Below are positions 11,375 through 25,600 of a stretch of DNA of 64,000 bases, one piece after another. A program made the translations under genes and the position numbers. The notes under the pieces were generated by a model. The model made no database searches. It was not told where the DNA came from and saw only the letters and a program-made list of their open reading frames with translations. Each line of letters starts with the position of its first letter. The stretch's first letter is position 1. The DNA comes from Takakia lepidozioides (taxonomy: Eukaryota; Plantae; Bryophyta), in contig CM060734.1 of assembly GCA_030704615.1 (NCBI GenBank), forward strand, positions 4,836,001-4,900,000. The letters run 5' to 3'.

Positions 11375-14300
11375 TGTCGTGCACCTAAGCATCGTGCCAC
11401 AACATACATCCCTGTCTACCATACATTCTAAGCACACAATCCTAGAAAACTATGCCACAATCACCTCCCTAGCTGATGATTAGGTCCCTCTAACACCGAA
11501 TAGCTGACAAGTATCCATCTCAATAAGATCATCGCTTGGTCTTCAATCGCACATGACCCAATTTTCTAAAGTATATGGATCAAGAGGCCGGGTGCAATGA
11601 GAGCCCCATTGTTAGTCGCCTACTTGCAATCCATGATCTTCAATTGAGTATCCATGGCGTTGAGCTCCCACCAGCTAGACCTTGGATCACTTGTCAACTA
11701 CACCATTGTCATGCCCACTACCTATGGCCAAGGCATCGTGGACACAACCATTCTCTACTAGGAACCTCCTCAAGTGGCGGTGTCAAGCATCCCATGTGCC
11801 ACCCCCTTGAGCATTTGTCACACACCAACATAGTTGCGGCACCACCAGCATGCCCACATAGCATGCAACGCAACCCTGCAGGTACCACTGCAAAGTTGGG
11901 ATCTATCCTCCCATCCACATGTGGAAGGTGACATGGCGCACAATTGCGCACATGGTCCTTCCATACCATGCCATCTCGACCCTCCAGAATCAACACTCCT
12001 GAAAGCAACACCTCCCGGACCCTTAGAATCACACGTCCTGCTGTGACATCCAAAGTCGTAGGCGCTGTCTACTGCAGATACACATAGTCCCTAGGGTGGA
12101 AACGCCGAACACCTGGCCGATATCCCCCTCCACGTATAGTGGCGTACCTCAATGTGTCTCGGTGTTGGGCAATAGCAAAGTTCTCAAAAGCCATAGGCAT
12201 GACTCTCTTGAACAACTCTGCCTGCTGGGCACATGCTTGTGTCCACACATCCGGATCATCAAGGTTGAGGACTACTGCAGTCTCCCTACGAATAGATGCA
12301 GGCAAATCTGGCTCTCGGCAAAAAAGAAGAAAATAAGACGAGAACGAGCAAGTGATGCTTGTTTGCTAAACCTGAGCCCATGGCCAAAAGGTAGCAGGTT
12401 CCAATCTCCTAAGTGTCCCTCTTGGTAAGCGTGGAAGGCTTGACTATTTGTCACACACCTCTCTGCTAGGCCATCAGCCTCGGATGATCCCGAGAAGTAG
12501 TGCAGTGATCTATCAAGGCTTGCTCACACAAAGCCTGAAACTCCCCCAAGAACTCTCTCCCCTGGTCCGTGAGTACCTCTGGCTGGAGCACCAAATTGGC
12601 TAAGCACTCGATCTAAGAATGCATATGCAGCCCCCTCACTTGCCTTGTCAGGCAATGCCACCAGTTCAATCCACTTGGATAAATGTTCTACCATCACCAG
12701 CACATACTTGTTATGGCGAATCGTTAGTGGCAATATTGGGCCTGCGAAGTCAAGACTCCAACGATAGCCCAAACCCATAATGGGTAAAGGATGCAATTGT
12801 GGAGTAGGTGCATTGAACGAAACCCGCACTTTATTACACATCATGCACCTTGCCACTAACTGTTGCACATCCATGTGCATGCCCCGCCACCAGTACTGTC
12901 ATTGCAGCAAATTATGAGTGCGCCGCACCCCAAAATGTCCCAACTCCTCATGGGCATGGCATACCGATCGCGCTCGTTGTGTTGGATGAGGCACAATCCT
13001 CACTCGTCCATCCTCCCATACTCGGAGTAGGTGAGTCCCCTCCCACTTGAACCTCTTGGCTCGTTGTAGGATCCGATCTCTCTCCTTAGCAGTCACACTG
13101 GCTGTTGTCTCTCCTGTACGAAGGTAGGCCAGCACTGCTGCATCATCATATACATCATTAGCACCATCAAGCTCCTCACTGATCTCCGGATCGTCATGCA
13201 CACCATCTATATGACCAATCCTATGGGATGGACTAGCTTGAGCTCCCATTGCTAGGATGCACAAAAAGGCAGATGCATGCCATCCTGGCACCATCTCCTC
13301 ATCCGTCTCACCATGTCACCGTGCTCAAGTATCATCATGCTCGTTCGTGCATGGATTACGACTCAACCCATCTGCATCCCGATTGACTATACCGGCTCGA
13401 TGCACCACCTGGAAGTCGTACTCTTGAAGCATAAGTGCCCACCATGCAAGCTTCCCTCTAAGCTTGTCTGACTCCATCAACCACTTCAATGGTTGGCGAT
13501 CCGTGACAAGGGTGAAGAGGTTGCCATAGAGGTAGCATCTGAAATGTGCCACTGCCCATACCGCAGCTAGACACTCCCCTTCATATGAGCTATACTTCAC
13601 CTTGGCATCATTGTTCGAGCGGCTGACATATGCCACTACGAACTCTCTTCCCTCGTCATCCATCTGTGTGATCACTGCTCCAATTCCCAGCATACTCCAA
13701 TCCGAATATAGCTAGAAAGGCCGCCCCCGAATAGGCCGCCTCAGAATAGGTGCAAAAGTCAATCGAGCCTTGAGTTCCTCAAAGGCTTCCTCTTGTTCCT
13801 CCTCCCACTGCCACTCCTGACCCACCTTGGTCAACTTGGTAACAGCCTTTGCAATGCTGCTAAATCCCTTGACAAACCGTCAATAGTAGTTTGCCAACCC
13901 CATGAAAGCACGAACTCTGCTAACATCTATGGGGTGTGGAATGCGTGCAATGGCCTCCACCTTCGTCTTTTGAACACCCTATCCTCCAGGGTATATCATG
14001 TGGCCCAGATACTCAATCTGGTTGTGGAAGAACTTGCACTTCCCAGGGTGCAATTTCAACCCATGCGTTCTCAAGCGCTCAAATACACCTGAAGGTGTCT
14101 CTCATGTTCCTCAACCGTAGCACTAAAGACGATGATGTCATCAATGTAACACCGGGCAAAGTCTAGCCCCACGAGAATCCTATCCATAACCCTCTGAAAC
14201 TCTGCAGGAGCATTCTTCAACCCAAACGGTAGGAATCGCCATTGGTACAAGCAATCCTTCCCATGTTGGTCAATCCCCCAGAATGTCGTCTTTTGCTTGT

Positions 14301-15461
14301 CAGCCTCTTTGATTGGCAACTGGTGGTAACCGGATCGCAAGTCCAATGTGCTAAATACCTTTGCATGCCCAATGGCATCAAAGATCTCCTCTGGAGTTGG
14401 CATGGCATATCTATCGGACTTAGTATGACGATTCACAGGACGATAGTCCCCACACATCCTTCTTTCTGTCCAATTGCCATAGATATCCTTCTTAGCTGGC
14501 ATCACCGTTGCCGAGGCATACTCCCCGCCTGACAACTCCACCAATCCAGCTTCAAACAACTCTATAGTCCGTGATTGGATCAAAGACCTCTCCATATCAC
14601 TATACCTGTAGGGCCTTCGAAAAATTGGCGTGTCACTTGCCAAATCAATATGAATCTCCTGGCCCTTCAAACTCCCCAAATCCTTCAAACTGAAGGCAAA
14701 GCAATTTCTATAAGCCCTTAGAAATCGCTGGATCCTTCGTCTCTCTCCTCCGGTGACTGTAGGTCCAACATCTGGTTCCCAGTTGTCCTCAGTGACTGCA
14801 ACCTTGGGTACACCAGGCTTGGAGGTAGGAGACGCATCCTTTGGTTGCTAGATAGCAACCTCTTGGGCCTTATCCGCCCACCCTGACCGTGGCGTAGCCT
14901 CCACTTGCTCCGCCATAACCACCTTGAGAACATCCTCTGGGGAAGGAACATTCTCAACCTCTTCAAAAACATTGGCCACCTTGGCCTCCAACTGATCCTC
15001 AGTGTATGGCTCTCCCCACTCCTCATATTGCTGCTTGAGAGATCCAAGGACTCTCTCTTTCTGCATCTCATCCCACATCTGCCATGGATGTTTGCACCCC
15101 ATGATCCTGTGCTCGCCCCCACTCACTGCCTCAACCGTCCCGGTTGGCAGAGGGGATACAATCCAAATGGGAGTGCAGAAGTAGCCACCACTGTCTGCAA
15201 CCTCTGTTGCTCAGCCATGCACAAGCCAATGACCCATGTCAAGCAATTTAGATCCATTGCTTGACCCAACACATGTCGACGTGATGCCTCTGACAGAGCT
15301 GGCATAGCTGTAGTGCCCGTGGCAAATCCCATTGCCCGCTTTCGCTCATCAGCATTGGGCTCCACCAATTGCTGTAGCACACTGTCCCAAATCAACCAAG
15401 GACCATTGTCTCAAAAAGCATGAGACAAGGGAAAGTTCATGAGCGTAGGCAAGGCCGCACG
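11375..15461 (-). mobile_element. Family A copy A3 (divergent subfamily), 3' part: DNMT C-terminus, readthrough stop, RT-RH-INT-PHD, PPT, single B repeat (11375-11459)
   Basis: ORFs 15123..15395 (ERKRAMGF, RRHVLGQAMD), 14071..14688 RT, 13325..13693 RH, 12524..12880 INT, 11718..12053 PHD. TAGCAACCA at 14850-14842. Interrupted at 15461 by the C1 LTR. Confidence 0.9.
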
Positions 15462-17313
15462 TGTCGCGCACCTCACTTCGGTAAGTTCCCCCCTCAAGTC
15501 ATAGTTACTCGCTTGATGCGCGCGCCTAACTCCCAACCTGGCCACCGGGCCAACTTGGAGCTCCGGCTGCTCACCGGGGCATAACGGTCCTCCTTTGATC
15601 TCCCAAAGAACCCTCCAACGATTTGTAACCAGCGGAATTCCTTTTGGTAGTTGGCAGTCCGGAAGAACTCCCCACTCTTTGGTCGCTTTCCGGCTCGCTC
15701 CCTTACTCACTACTTTTTGGTCACCAACGGGCTTGCACCATTCTCGGGGTTACTACTCCCTATATATACTTCTATAGCTGTCCGCGGGGGTTTCACAAAC
15801 AACCATGCCATTTTATGGCAAACCACCACGAACACCCTCGACTCCCGGTGATGAGTCGCGGTGATTCTTGGCCCACCCACCACGGCCCCTATGGACCGTG
15901 TTGAGTCCCAAGACTCCCCACGACTCCCACCACGAGGTCTCCGCCCCAGGGTGAGTCCTATGCCACCCCCACTAAGTCCCGCTAAGCTACCACCACCCTT
16001 TGTGGAGCCACCCCCACCGCAACCCGGTGTGCGGGGCTCCACCTAGTGAGCGCCTCCGCCTCCTTGAGTGCCTTGGGCACTCAAGGGTGCTTCAGCCCCC
16101 CATACCTATCGCTGCCACTGCCCCCACCACAGGGGCAGCCCCTCTTGTGTCCCGACCCCCTGCCCTCAAGGCAAAGGGCCGCGACACACACCCCTACCAA
16201 CAGGGAGTCGATGTCCTCATCGGCTTGTCCATTTTGTGGAAACAAACATCCAAGTTGTGGCGTCCCACATCAAAGAGTTTGTTTCCGTACCATGGCGTCC
16301 CATGGCAAAGAACCAAACCCCACACTTGACTCTACTCTCCACTAGCTAGTTCGGCCGACTTCCTCCAAGTCCCGGCCAAGGGTGGAGCCTCTCAAGCTCC
16401 TCCCAGTGCACTCTTCTTGGCCTACTTCAAGGCCAATGAACTATCCTCCCCGAGGATCGAATCGCCTTACTGCAACAACATTGCTTGCGACCGCTCATGA
16501 TGCCGCTTTTGGCATCACCTTGAGCAAAGGTTCACCTTGAACCCTCTTTGACTAGGAAGATAACCTTGAACCAACCGCGCGCCCCAATCACTACAATTGG
16601 GTCCGCCTTGGAATGCTGGCCTTAGGTACGGGAACACGCCGAAGCCGCACTACGACTTCGTCCCGAGGCTACACGATTATAGTACGTGAACGGAAGCACA
16701 TAGCTTCCGCGTTAGCCCGCACTACAAAGCAACCCCCTCGGTAGCGCAGTTATAGTATGCGCACGCGCCAGGTGCGCACTAGCACGTGAACTCCTAAAGA
16801 AGGCGCAAGTTTCCTTGCCCCTTGGATGGGAGTCACCCGATTTCGGCACTGCGCAAACACACGATTAACCCAATTTACCTCTCCCACTTTTGTAAGCTAG
16901 CATGCATTCTACACACTAGCCAACCACACCATGCATCACCATTCCAAACAAAATAGGACGCACAACATTTGGAACCCATTTCCTTTATAACAAATTTTTG
17001 TACAAAACAAGTTTTTGCAATCGGATTCCTAAGCTAGCTAAGCCGGGCTAAGCATGCATTTCCTCCCCCACGCTCCAAGGTTGATGTCCCCATCAACGCT
17101 TCTTCCGATTTTGAGGTCGCCCTTCGAAAACTGCAACCGCCTCGGATGCGTTTCCCATTTCTGAGGCACGCACCCAAGATGCCTCCACATGATGATAGCC
17201 CTTCCATTTGACGAGATACTCCGTTTCTCGGTTCCTGAACCTCCTCGACTTAAGTATTGCCTCCACCTCGTACTCAGGTTCATTTTCATGATCCAACAGC
17301 ATAGGTGGCGGAC
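15462..17313 (-). mobile_element. Chromovirus C1 tail: chromodomain (17093-17302), 3'UTR and 3' LTR (15462-16186)
   Basis: EYEVEAILKSR..EYLVKWKGY..EASW chromodomain. LTR TGTCGCGG...GCGCGACA matches the C2 LTRs. Confidence 0.92.
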
Positions 17314-19910
17314 CTCTATCTCCAGATAGCTACAAGATGTAATAGCCACAGCCGTACTAAGTCCCCTATCACTGTCCCTGTTGTACTCAAACTCTATAGA
17401 CCAAGAGACCGGGTACAAGAGTAGCCCCATCGTTAGTCGCCGTCTTGCAATCTATGAACTTGAGTCAAGACCTCGTGTGTTCAAGGTCCCCTAGTAGCTT
17501 GGCCTTGCGTTTCTTGTTAGCCCTCCATGGTTGTATCCACTCCCACTATCCAATGCAATGTGGACATAACCAATCCCCATCCGGAACCATCTCAAGAGGT
17601 GGAGTCAAGCAGCCCATATGCCAACCTCTAGAGCATCGATCACACACCAGCATGGTGGCTGCCCCTCTAGCAGACCCACACAACATGCACCTCAAACCTG
17701 CAGATACCACTGCCAGGTTTGGGTCAATCCTGCCATCGACATTCGGAAGGTGACATGGCGCACAATTACGCACATGGTCCTTCCAAGTTATGCCATCCCG
17801 ACCCTCCAAGACCAAGACGCCTGAGGGCAAGACCTCTCGAACCCTCAAAATAACACGTCCTGCAGTCACGTCCAAGGTCGTAGGAGCAGTCTGCTGCAGG
17901 TAAACATAGTCACCAGGGTTGAATCTCCGAACCCCAGGACGATAGCCCCCACCACGTATGGTAGCATACCTCAACGTATCACGGTGTTGTGCGATGGCAA
18001 GGTTTTCGAAAGCCATGGGCATGACTTTCTTGAACAACTCTGCACACTGCTCACATGCACTTGCCCACATGTCCGGATCGTCAAGGTTAAGAACTGCAGC
18101 ATCTTCTCTGCGAATGGATGCAGGCAAATCCGGCTCTCGGCCAAAGAGAAGAAAGTATGGTGAGAAGGAGGCAAGTGATGCTTGCTTGCTGAACCTGTAG
18201 CCCATGGCTAACCAGGGTAACTGAAGGTCCCAATCTCCTAGGTGTCCCTTTTGCAAGCCATACTTGCGCAAACCCCTCTTTACTGTCTAAACAACTCTCT
18301 CTGCCAAGCCATCGGCCTCAGGATGATCCCGAGAAGTGGTGCGGTGGTCTATCAAGGCCTTGTCACACAAAGCCTGAAACTCCCCCAAGAACTCTCTCCC
18401 TTGGTCCGTGAGTACCTCAGCTGGAGCACCGAATCGGCTAAGCACACAATCCAAGAATGCATACGCAGCTCCCTCACTAGCCTTATCAGGCAATGGAACC
18501 AACTCAATCCACTTGGAGAAGTGCTCCACCATCACCAACACGTACTTGTTGTGACGCATGGTCAGTGGCAATGGCCCTGCGAAGTCAAGACTCCACCTGT
18601 AGCCCAATCCCATGATCGGAAGAGGGTGCAATTGTGGAGTAGGGGTGTTGAATGAAGCACGCACCCTGTCACACACCATGCACCTAGCCACAAATTGTTG
18701 CACCTCTGTGTGCATACCACGCCACCAATACTGCCCCTGCAGTAGACTGTGAGTGCGTCGCATCCCAAAATGCCCCAACTCCTCATGGGCATGCCGCACT
18801 AACCGTGCCCGCTGTGTTGGGTGAGGCACAATCCTCACTCGACCATCCTCCCACACTCGGAGCAGGTGTGTCCCCACCCACTTGAACCTCTTGGCTTGTT
18901 GTAGGATCCGATCCCTCTCCTTGGCAGTCACAGTGGCTGCAGTGTCTCCAGTGCGGAGGTAGTCCAACACAACTGAATCCTCATGTATATCTTTGGCGCC
19001 ACCTTGCTCATTGCTGGCCTCAGGGGTCCTCAGACACTTGATCTACAGTCATCCCTGTTGCAGGTCCAACCTGGCCTTCCGCTGCCAAGATACACAGAAA
19101 TGCAGATGCATGCCATCTGGGCACCATCTCCTCGTCCGTCTCACCATGCCACCGAGCTCCAGTGTCATCCTGCTGGCTCGTGCATGGATTGCGACTCAAC
19201 CCATCTGCATTGCGATTGACCAAACCCGGTCGATGCACCACTTGAAAGTCATACTCTTGAAGGATGAGTGCCCACCGTGCAAGCTTCCCCGTAAGCTTGT
19301 CTGACTCCATCAACCACTTGAGTGGTTGGTGATCCGTGATAAGGGTGAAGAGATTGTTGTATAGATAGCACCTGAAGTGTGCCACGGCCCACACTGCAGC
19401 TAAGCATTCTCCCTCATATGAGCTATAATTAGACTCTGCAGCATTGTTCGAGCGGCTAGCATAAGCCACTACGAATTCTCTTCCCTCATCATCCACCTGT
19501 GTGAGCACCGCTCCAAGCCCCAGCATGCTCCAATCTGTATGCAGCTGAAAAGGATGCCCCTGATAGGTCGTCTCAAGATGGGCGCCGAGGACAACCTCGC
19601 CTTGAGCTCTTGAAAAGTTTGTTCTTGCTCATCTTCCCACTGCCACTCCTGGTCCACCTTGGTCAGCTTGGTTAGAGCCTTTGCAATGGCACTAAATCCC
19701 TTAACAAACCGTCTGTAATAGTTTGCTAACCCCATGAAAGCTCAAACTCGGCTCACATCCGTGGGGCGTGGAACCTGTGCAATGGACTCTACCTTAGTCT
19801 GCTGTACCCCCAATCCTCCAGGATATATCATGTGACCCAGATACTCAATCTGGTTGTGGAAAAACTTGCACTTGCCCGGATATAACTTCAATCCGTGCGT
19901 CCTCAATCGC
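17314..19910 (-). mobile_element. Family A copy A4 body (RT C-terminus, RNase H, integrase, PHD, 3'UTR), 5' half deleted
   Basis: ORFs 19469..19735, 19020..19526, 18287..18970, 17546..18271 (ends CDRC..HMGC..WLCPHC). Very similar to A5. Confidence 0.92.
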
Positions 19911-20409
19911 TTTCCGGCTCGCTCGCTTACTCACTAGCTTTTGGTCACCAACGGGCTTGCACCGTTCTCGGGGTTACTACTCCCTATATATACTTCTGTA
20001 GCTATCCGCGGGGGTTTCACAACCAGCCATGCCATTTTATGGCGAACCACCACGCAGACCCTCGATTCCCGGTGGTGAGTCGCGGTGAGTCTTGGCCCAC
20101 TCACTACGGCCCCTATGGACCGTGATGAGTCCCAAGACTCCCCACGACTCCCACCACGAGGTCTCCGCCCCCATGGTGAGTCCTATGCCACCCCCACTAA
20201 GTCCCACTAAGCTACCACACCCCTTGTGGAGCCACCCCACCGCAACCTGGTGTGCGGGGCTCCACCTAGTGAGCGCCTTCGCTTCCCTGAGTGCCTTGGG
20301 CACTCAAGGGTGCCTCAGCCCCCCATACCTATTGCTGCCGCTGCCCCCACCACAGGGGCAGCCCCTCATGTGTCCCGACCCCCTACCCTCAAGGCAAAGG
20401 GCCGCGACA
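19907..20409 (-). repeat. Truncated chromovirus LTR (copy C3), inserted in A6 between gag and protease
   Basis: Matches the first ~500 bp of the C LTR, starting TGTCGCGG at 20409. Joined to A4 RT through TCGCT microhomology. Confidence 0.88.
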
Positions 20410-21826
20410 TTGCAGCTGCCGCTTGCCATGACGCAGCTGTGGCTGTCTTCACCCTTGAATCCAAGGCATCCATGCACTGCACCTGATCCGCTATCCCCGC
20501 AGATAGTGCCGATGCATCACCACTCTCCCAGAGTGCAACTCCAGTCTAAACACTGCAGCTGGCCGCATCCCCGACATTGCAATTATCGTCGCAGAAAACA
20601 ATGGAGCTTGGCAAATTGCCGTAGCCGCCCCCAAAAATGTACTGGCTGCACCTTGCTTTGCAGTACCACCCACTGGCATTTCCCGAGCCATACCAACTCT
20701 CCCCAATGGCATTCGTGGCTCTACCTGTGACACACTTGGGCAAGCGGGTGCCATCGATGGCATAGTTGGCACTACCTCAGCCAATATGAAAGACTGTGGA
20801 AGCCTTGTCTGCCGACTTGCTTCCCCTCTTTGTGGATCAAAATCCACATCCGCTTCTCTTGGCTTAGGAGCACACGTTGCTGCTTGAGTGACAATAGCTG
20901 CAGAGTCCACATGCAATGGTCCTGCAAGTGCGGCTCCATACATGAAGCCCATACCAATCTGGTCTTCCCTAGGCATAGGAGGTTGTGCAGGTGGGGCTTG
21001 AACCTCAGGCCTTGGAGCTGGCGCAACATGAGTAGTGGCCATGGTAGCAAGACGTTGCTCCAGCTGGGCAAGCCTATCCACTATGCCTTGGTTATGACCT
21101 TGACCCTGACCCTGACCATGTGCTCCTTGGTTTTGGTTACGACCTCCACCACGACCTCTGCCTCCTCTATCTCTCTGGAATACATTGCCTCGTCCTCGGC
21201 CACCATTGTTCCCTTGGAATTGGCCTGGCCGTAGCTCAGGATGCAAGTCATAACAATGGGTCTCTTCATGCCCATACTTGCCACAATGCCTACACTGTGG
21301 TTGTGTAGGCTGTGCCTGTGCCGGCCCTTTGCCTCTCTCCGGGCAATCTCTCTTAACATGGGGTCCTCCACAATCCCAACATGTCACTCCCGACTATTGT
21401 TGGCCTGAGAATGAAGGAAGTGACCTCTGCAATTGAAATCCTCTCTGTCCTTCCCTGGGCTTCGCCTGAGCCCCTTTGTTGCCTTGAGCACGTTGGGGTA
21501 GTGGTTGTTGTTGGCCAGGAGCCCCACTTCATTGTGTCTCCTTACCAAACCCCACCATGACCACTCGCTCCTCCACCATATTGAGCTCTATCCGCTCTGC
21601 CAGCAAAATCACGTTTGCTAAGGTGGGTTGGGCCACTTGTAGGAGAGTTGCATCCCGCACCCTTCTCCTCAGCTCCTTGTCTAATATCATATATCAAAAT
21701 TGGACTGCTTGAGCCTCCTTTGGGTTACATTTATCAATCGCATCATGCGCATGTAAGCCTCCCTTAAATTCTCGGCAGGCTTTCGTTGGAACTCTTGCAA
21801 GCTCCGCAATTTCTCCGTCCTTATCC
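20410..21826 (-). mobile_element. Family A copy A6, gag C-terminal part with zinc knuckles
   Basis: ORF 20491..21387 with CWDCGGPHVKRDC and CRHCGKYGHEETHC. RTEKLRSLQEFQRKP segment is homologous to A5 gag. Confidence 0.88.
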
Positions 21827-22552
21827 TGTCGCGGCCCTTTGCCTTGAGGGCAAGGGGGTCGGGACACATGAGGGGTTGCCCCTGTGGTGGGGGCAGCGGC
21901 AGCGATAGGTATGGGGGGCTGAAGCACCCTTGAGTGCCCAAGGCACCCAAGGAGGCGGAGGCGCTCACTAGGTGGAGCCCCGCACACCGGGTGGCGGTGG
22001 GGTGGCTCCACAAGGGGTGTGGTAGCTTAGCGGGACTTAGTGGGGGTGGCATAGGACTCACCATGGGGCGGAGACCTCGTGGTGGGAGTCGTGGGGAGTC
22101 TTGGGACTCATCACGGTCCATAGGGGCCGTAGTGAGTGGGCCAAGACTCACCGCGACTCATCACCGGGAGTCGAGGGTTTTTGTGGTGGTTCGCCATAAA
22201 ATGGCATGGCTGGTTGTAAAACCCCCGCGGACAGCTACAGAAGTATATATAAGGGGAGTAGTGACCCCGAGAACGGTGCAAGCCCGTTGGTGACCAAAAA
22301 CTTGTGAGTAAGCGAGCGAGCCGGAAAGCGACCAAAGAGTAGGGAGCTGTTCCGGACTGCCATCTACCAAAGGGAATTCTCCTAGTCCCAAATAGGTGGA
22401 GGGTTTAGTGGGAAGCGAAGGGGGACCGTTATGTCCCGGTGAGCAGCCGAAGCTCCAAGTTGGCCCGGGCGGCCAGGTTGGGAGTCAGGCGCGCGCATCA
22501 AAGCGAGTAACTATGACTTGAAGGGGAGCTTATCGAAGTGAGGTGCGCGACA
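21827..22552 (+). repeat. 5' LTR of C2
   Basis: TGTCGCGG...GCGCGACA, near-identical to 28067-28796. TATATATAA box near 22244. Confidence 0.95.
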
Positions 22553-22554
22553 CT

Positions 22555-22566
22555 TGGTATCAGAGC
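22555..22566 (+). promoter_or_regulatory. Primer binding site complementary to initiator tRNA-Met
   Basis: TGGTATCAGAGC, 2 nt after the LTR. Confidence 0.92.
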
Positions 22567-22607
22567 TTAGAGTTCAGTACGCGATCGTCCTTGGGATTGG
22601 CCTCATC

Positions 22608-25600
22608 ATGGGGTCGGGCAAGCCAAAGCGAAAGCGGAACGGCCCAAAAGATGATGATCCTGGTGAGCCCGATGGGGGCGACGTGTCACTGAAGCGGCCG
22701 TTTGAGGAAGCGACGCAGGTTTTTGAAAGCGAGGCCGCTCAAGAGCGGGAGGAAATCGAGGAGTCGGAGCCCGAGGAATCCGTGAGAGCTCCGACCGACC
22801 AACAGATGCCTCCCATGCTGGCAGCCTTTTGGGAAGGGTTGTTGGCGCAATTTGGCGGGACGTTGAAAGACGTGTTGAAGGCGGCTAATGCCACTTTCAC
22901 TAAGGCAAAGTTTAAGGTGAAGCCTAAGGAACCCAGCACCTTCGAGGGCGTCCAAAATCGGAAGGCACTCAACACCTGGCTCCTGGAGCTAGAGCAGTAC
23001 TTCCGGGCGGCCAAGTTGAGTGACGAGGATCGGGTGGAAGTGGCTCCCACCTATTTGAGGGGCTATGCTCAACAATGGTGGCAAAAACGCCTTCACGACC
23101 GAGGTCCAAGCCCGGAAACCTTGGACTGGAGTGGGTTCAAGGAATTGATGAAGAGACAGTTTGTGCCCCTCAACGCGTCTTGGCTTGCCCGGGACAAGAT
23201 GAGGAATTTGAAGCAAACAGATGACATTCGGGGGTATGTCCAGGCTTTCAATGTGTTGTTGCTCGAAGTCGCGGACATGGCAGAACCAGAAATGGTCTTC
23301 AACTTTGTGGCGGGACTGGCCCCATGGGCCAGGCGGAAGTTGGAGGAGAAGCCACCCAAGACTTTGAACGAGGCAATTGAGAGGGCTGAATGTTTCTCGG
23401 ATGTCCCTAGGGGTGAGAGACAAGGCCGTACGGAGCTGAACCACAAGAAGACCCGGCGGGAAGGTGACTCCTCCGACCGGAAAAGAAGTGGGATAGGCCA
23501 CGCGGCGACAATGGCACATGGAAATCGAAGGGAGGGCCTTCACACATCAAGGCGGCACCCGGTGCTTCGAAAGGAAAAGCGGTGGAGCGGCTTATGGCGG
23601 ACAGAAGGCGACCTTTGATGGAGTGTGTTTCAATTGCGGGGAGCCCGGGCACATGGCCAAGAAGTGCACAAACCTCGACAATTGAACATGACTCGGGCAA
23701 CCACGGAGCTGTCGGAAGATACCATCAGTCACTTGGTGGAAGCGGTGGTCGCCAGGACTTGCAAGGTAGGCAACTATTCTTGTGAGTTGTATCAGGAAAC
23801 TGGCGCCCTGCGTAAAGGGAGTCAGTTATTGTTCGTGGATCGGATAATATCCGGAACTAACGTGTCGTTGTTGGTGGACACAGGAGCGTCGCACTCCTTC
23901 ATGACGCCGGCGGTGGCGCGAAAGTTAGGACTCCCGACAAGTGACGTGGGGGCCTCTATTGAGGTGCGTTCTGCCAAAGGAGAACCACAGTTGATGACAA
24001 GGTTGGCGTTTGATGTTCCTCTTCAACTGGGGAGTTGGGAGGGACGTGAGAACTTCACATCTGTGAGATCGATGGAGTGGATCTCATTTTGGGGATGACC
24101 TTTTTGAGCAAATCCGGAGCGGTCATAGATGGCCGCAAGAGAGTAGTCACGCTGCCATGTGGGAATGGTGGCGAGGTTTTACGAGTGTTGGAAACGCCCA
24201 AATCCGTGGGAGGGCGAATAAACCTTCTGTCAGCAAAGGAGTGGGCCGTGGAGGAGGCACACGAGCCCCAATTTTTGCTTTACATTAGAGAAGTGAAAGG
24301 AGAAGGCGATGGGGAGCTGAGCCCAGATTGGATCAAGGAGATTTTGGAGAAATACCAGGATGTGATGCCGGAGGATTTACCAAGCGGCTTGCCACCGCGA
24401 AGAGGAGTTGACCACAAGATTGAGGTGATACCGGGATCGGAACCACCTGCCAAGGCGCCCTACCGGTTGAGCCACAGAGAGTTGGTCAAGCTGAAGACTC
24501 AGCTCAAGGATCTAATGTCAAAGGGGTATATCCGGCCGAGTAAGTCACCTTACGGAGCCCCGGTGTTATTTGCAGACAAGAAGGATGGGACGCTGCGGAT
24601 GTGTGTCGATTACAGGGCTCTGAATAAGGTGACTATCAAAAACCGGTACCCTTTTCCAAGGATCGACGACCTCTTCGATCGGTTGGCAGGAGCGAAGTAT
24701 TTCTGCCGGATCGACTTGCGCTCCGGCTATCATCAAATTCGGGTGGCGGAAGGAGATGAGGAAAGACCGCGTGCAGGACAAGGTATGGTTCATATGAGTT
24801 CTTGGTGATGCCTTTTGGGCTCACCAATGCACCAGCGACATTTAGCACGCTGATGAACAGCCTTTTCCAGGAGTGGTTGGATGACTTTGTGATCGTGTAC
24901 ATCGACGACATCTTGGTGTACTCCAAAACAAAGGAAGAACACCTGGAGCACCTAAAAAGGGTGTTCCAAAAATTGCGAGAATGGAAGCTGTATGCCAAAG
25001 CTTCAAAGTGCGAATTCGGGGTCACAAAATTGGAGTTCCTGGGGCATGTGATTACACAGGATGGGATCAAAATGGATGACAGAAAGGTGAGGGCGATCTT
25101 GGACTGGGAGCCTCCGACTTCAGTCCCGGGAGTGCGATCCTTCCTAGGACTCGCCTCCTATTACCGGAAGTATGTGAGAAATTTCGCCAAGATCGCGGGG
25201 CCGTTGTCGGACCTTCTGTGTAAATCCAAAGTCTGGGAATGGAATACATTTTGTGGCCAAGCTTTTGCTGAATTGAAGCAGCGGATGGCGGAAGCTCCAG
25301 TCTTGAAAATCCCGGAGTTCGATCGTCCATTTGAGATTCATACAGATGCGTCGGACTTCACGATTGGGGGTGTACTTATGCAAGATGGACGTCCAGTGGC
25401 TTGCAAAAGTAAGAAACTGAATGAAGTGGAGCGACGGTGGCCGACGCACGAAAAAGAGATGAAGGCGGTGGTGCATTGCCTCGAGCTTTGGCACCACTAT
25501 GTTGGTTCCAACCCAGTGAAGGTGTTCACGGACAATGTCACGGTGAAGTATTTTGCCACGCAGCCCAAGTTGTCCCCAAAACAACTTAGGTGGCAAGATA

